Positions 44,467 to 45,372 of a stretch of DNA of 45,372 nt are shown piece by piece; position 1 is the stretch's first letter, and each line of letters starts with the position of its first letter. The stretch lies in the NCBI GenBank assembly GCA_043823085.1, contig JBDRBE010000001.1, forward strand, positions 179,110 to 224,481. The letters are read 5' to 3'. Source of the stretch: Candidatus Levyibacteriota bacterium (GTDB lineage: Bacteria > Patescibacteriota > Microgenomatia > Levybacterales > UBA12049). The translations under genes and the position numbers were made by a program. A model generated the notes under the pieces. It was not told the origin of the DNA. It searched no databases and saw nothing but the letters and a program-made list of their open reading frames with translations.

Positions 44467-45033
44467 TTAATTGTTTTGGGGAGGGGGCATAATTTCAATA
44501 GTCCCCATAATTTGATCTCGAACCTCATCACTAACTAGATTATAAAATTTAAAAGAATAAAGAATATTGGCTTTTTTACCTTGATAGACAGTAAAAGGAG
44601 GGCTATTTGAATAACCTTGGGGGAAACTATAAAAATCCCAAGTCAGACCATTGATAGTTTTATTATCTTGAGGACTAGAACCAACAAAATTTAAAGCTTC
44701 TTCTGGTGCGAAGACGCTCTTGGCCATAAAAATGGCTTGAGCTTTTTGACTTTTTTCTAAGATATTAATTTGTAAATAATTCGGAGCTAAATCTTTAAGT
44801 TCTTCTGTTGTTAATTCCGAAGGATATTGAAAGTGAAGACGATAATCAAGATTCTCATATGTTTTCCAATTTAAATTCTGTTCTGGGGCAGAATGGCTCG
44901 TTTCAGTTTTTGCAGAATCATTTTCTTTTAGGACAGACTTATCTTTGTTTTGAATTTTTGGAATAACCAAGACAAAGGCAAACACCAAACCAGCCACAAG
45001 CAGAACAAGGATAAGTAAGCCCTTGCTAAACAT
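44467..45033 (-). CDS. Hypothetical membrane-anchored or secreted protein
   Basis: 188 aa with an N-terminal TM or signal segment (LLILVLLVAGLVFAFVLVI). No recognisable motif. Confidence 0.45.
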   Translation of the reverse strand: MFSKGLLILVLLVAGLVFAFVLVIPKIQNKDKSVLKENDSAKTETSHSAPEQNLNWKTYENLDYRLHFQYPSELTTEELKDLAPNYLQINILEKSQKAQAIFMAKSVFAPEEALNFVGSSPQDNKTINGLTWDFYSFPQGYSNSPPFTVYQGKKANILYSFKFYNLVSDEVRDQIMGTIEIMPPPQNN

Positions 45034-45263
45034 AAATAAAGCTTGACAGAGGGTAGCCTATTTGTCAATATTTATTCTTTGTAAAAGAGGTCAAAAAATC
45101 AATCTCTTTCTTTGATGTTTATATTAAGTGCTATCTTGCTCCCTGTTCGTAGTTTTGCTCGGATTTGACAGTTTGTCTCAAACTTCAAGTAGATTTATAC
45201 TGATTTTGATGCTAGAATACGAATACATTCCGCCGAGTCAAACTCGGCTGGAACGTTTGACGT

Positions 45264-45338
45264 TCCGCGGTAGCTCAATGGTAGAGCGAGTCCCTGTTAA
45301 GGACGAGGTTCGAGGTCCGAGTCCTCGCCGCGGAGCCA
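45264..45338 (+). tRNA. tRNA-Asn (anticodon GTT) with encoded CCA
   Basis: Manual cloverleaf: acceptor TCCGCGG/CCGCGGA, D-arm GCTC-AATGGTA-GAGC, anticodon loop CTGTTAA, T-arm CGAGG-TCCGAGT-CCTCG, discriminator G, CCA. The ends resemble E. coli tRNA-Asn. Confidence 0.85.
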
Positions 45339-45372
45339 ATTAGGGCATGCCTATGTGACCGTATTCCCTATT

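Noticed and set aside
45128-45343. 71-aa ORF in the ORF track
   Set aside because: It overlaps tRNA-Asn and its structured leader, and has a GTG/TTG-type start without a ribosome-binding site.

Overview
AT-rich, gene-dense bacterial chromosome segment with short or overlapping (ATGA) gene junctions. Gene content resembles a reduced Patescibacteria/CPR (Microgenomates-like) genome; that assignment is inferred from gene content only. Housekeeping genes: groES-groEL, lepA, an alpha-glucan phosphorylase, murJ, rpsT, tpiA, a UvrD/PcrA helicase, a FemAB-family gene, purT, a sigma-70-family factor and tRNA-Asn. A large envelope-glycosylation block at 17.2-25.9 kb holds an FAD oxidoreductase, two tandem GT-C paralogs, an SDR epimerase, a HAD-like protein and a DUF2298 'YYY' protein. 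There is also a 5'-truncated DPPR-synthase-like UbiA gene, a fourth GT-C/TPR protein, a pilN/pilO-like cluster and a Phd/RelE toxin-antitoxin pair. The last ~7 kb is an accessory stretch of orphan secreted or membrane proteins and gene remnants. No CRISPR array, rRNA, transposase, integrase or recognisable defence operon is visible. Main observations: (1) short DNA tracts of about 28-34 nt with 7-nt periodicity (four heptamers, often one variant copy) are scattered through the window. One exact 34-mer occurs both inside a coding region and in the groEL 3' flank. A near-copy is read in a different frame in another gene, and a (GCCATTT)x4 tract sits inside lepA. (2) Small GC-rich hairpins lie inside ORFs. 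(3) A -10 box sits exactly 6 nt before an ATG at seven genes with no usable Shine-Dalgarno (an AGGA lies 12 nt upstream of one, 3733), suggesting leaderless mRNAs. (4) The gene set parallels the mycobacterial decaprenyl-phospho-arabinose route. (5) Several interrupted genes: an in-frame TGA in a signal peptide, and frameshifts at (AG)5 and G5 tracts. All functional calls rest on motif recognition by eye; no searches were run.
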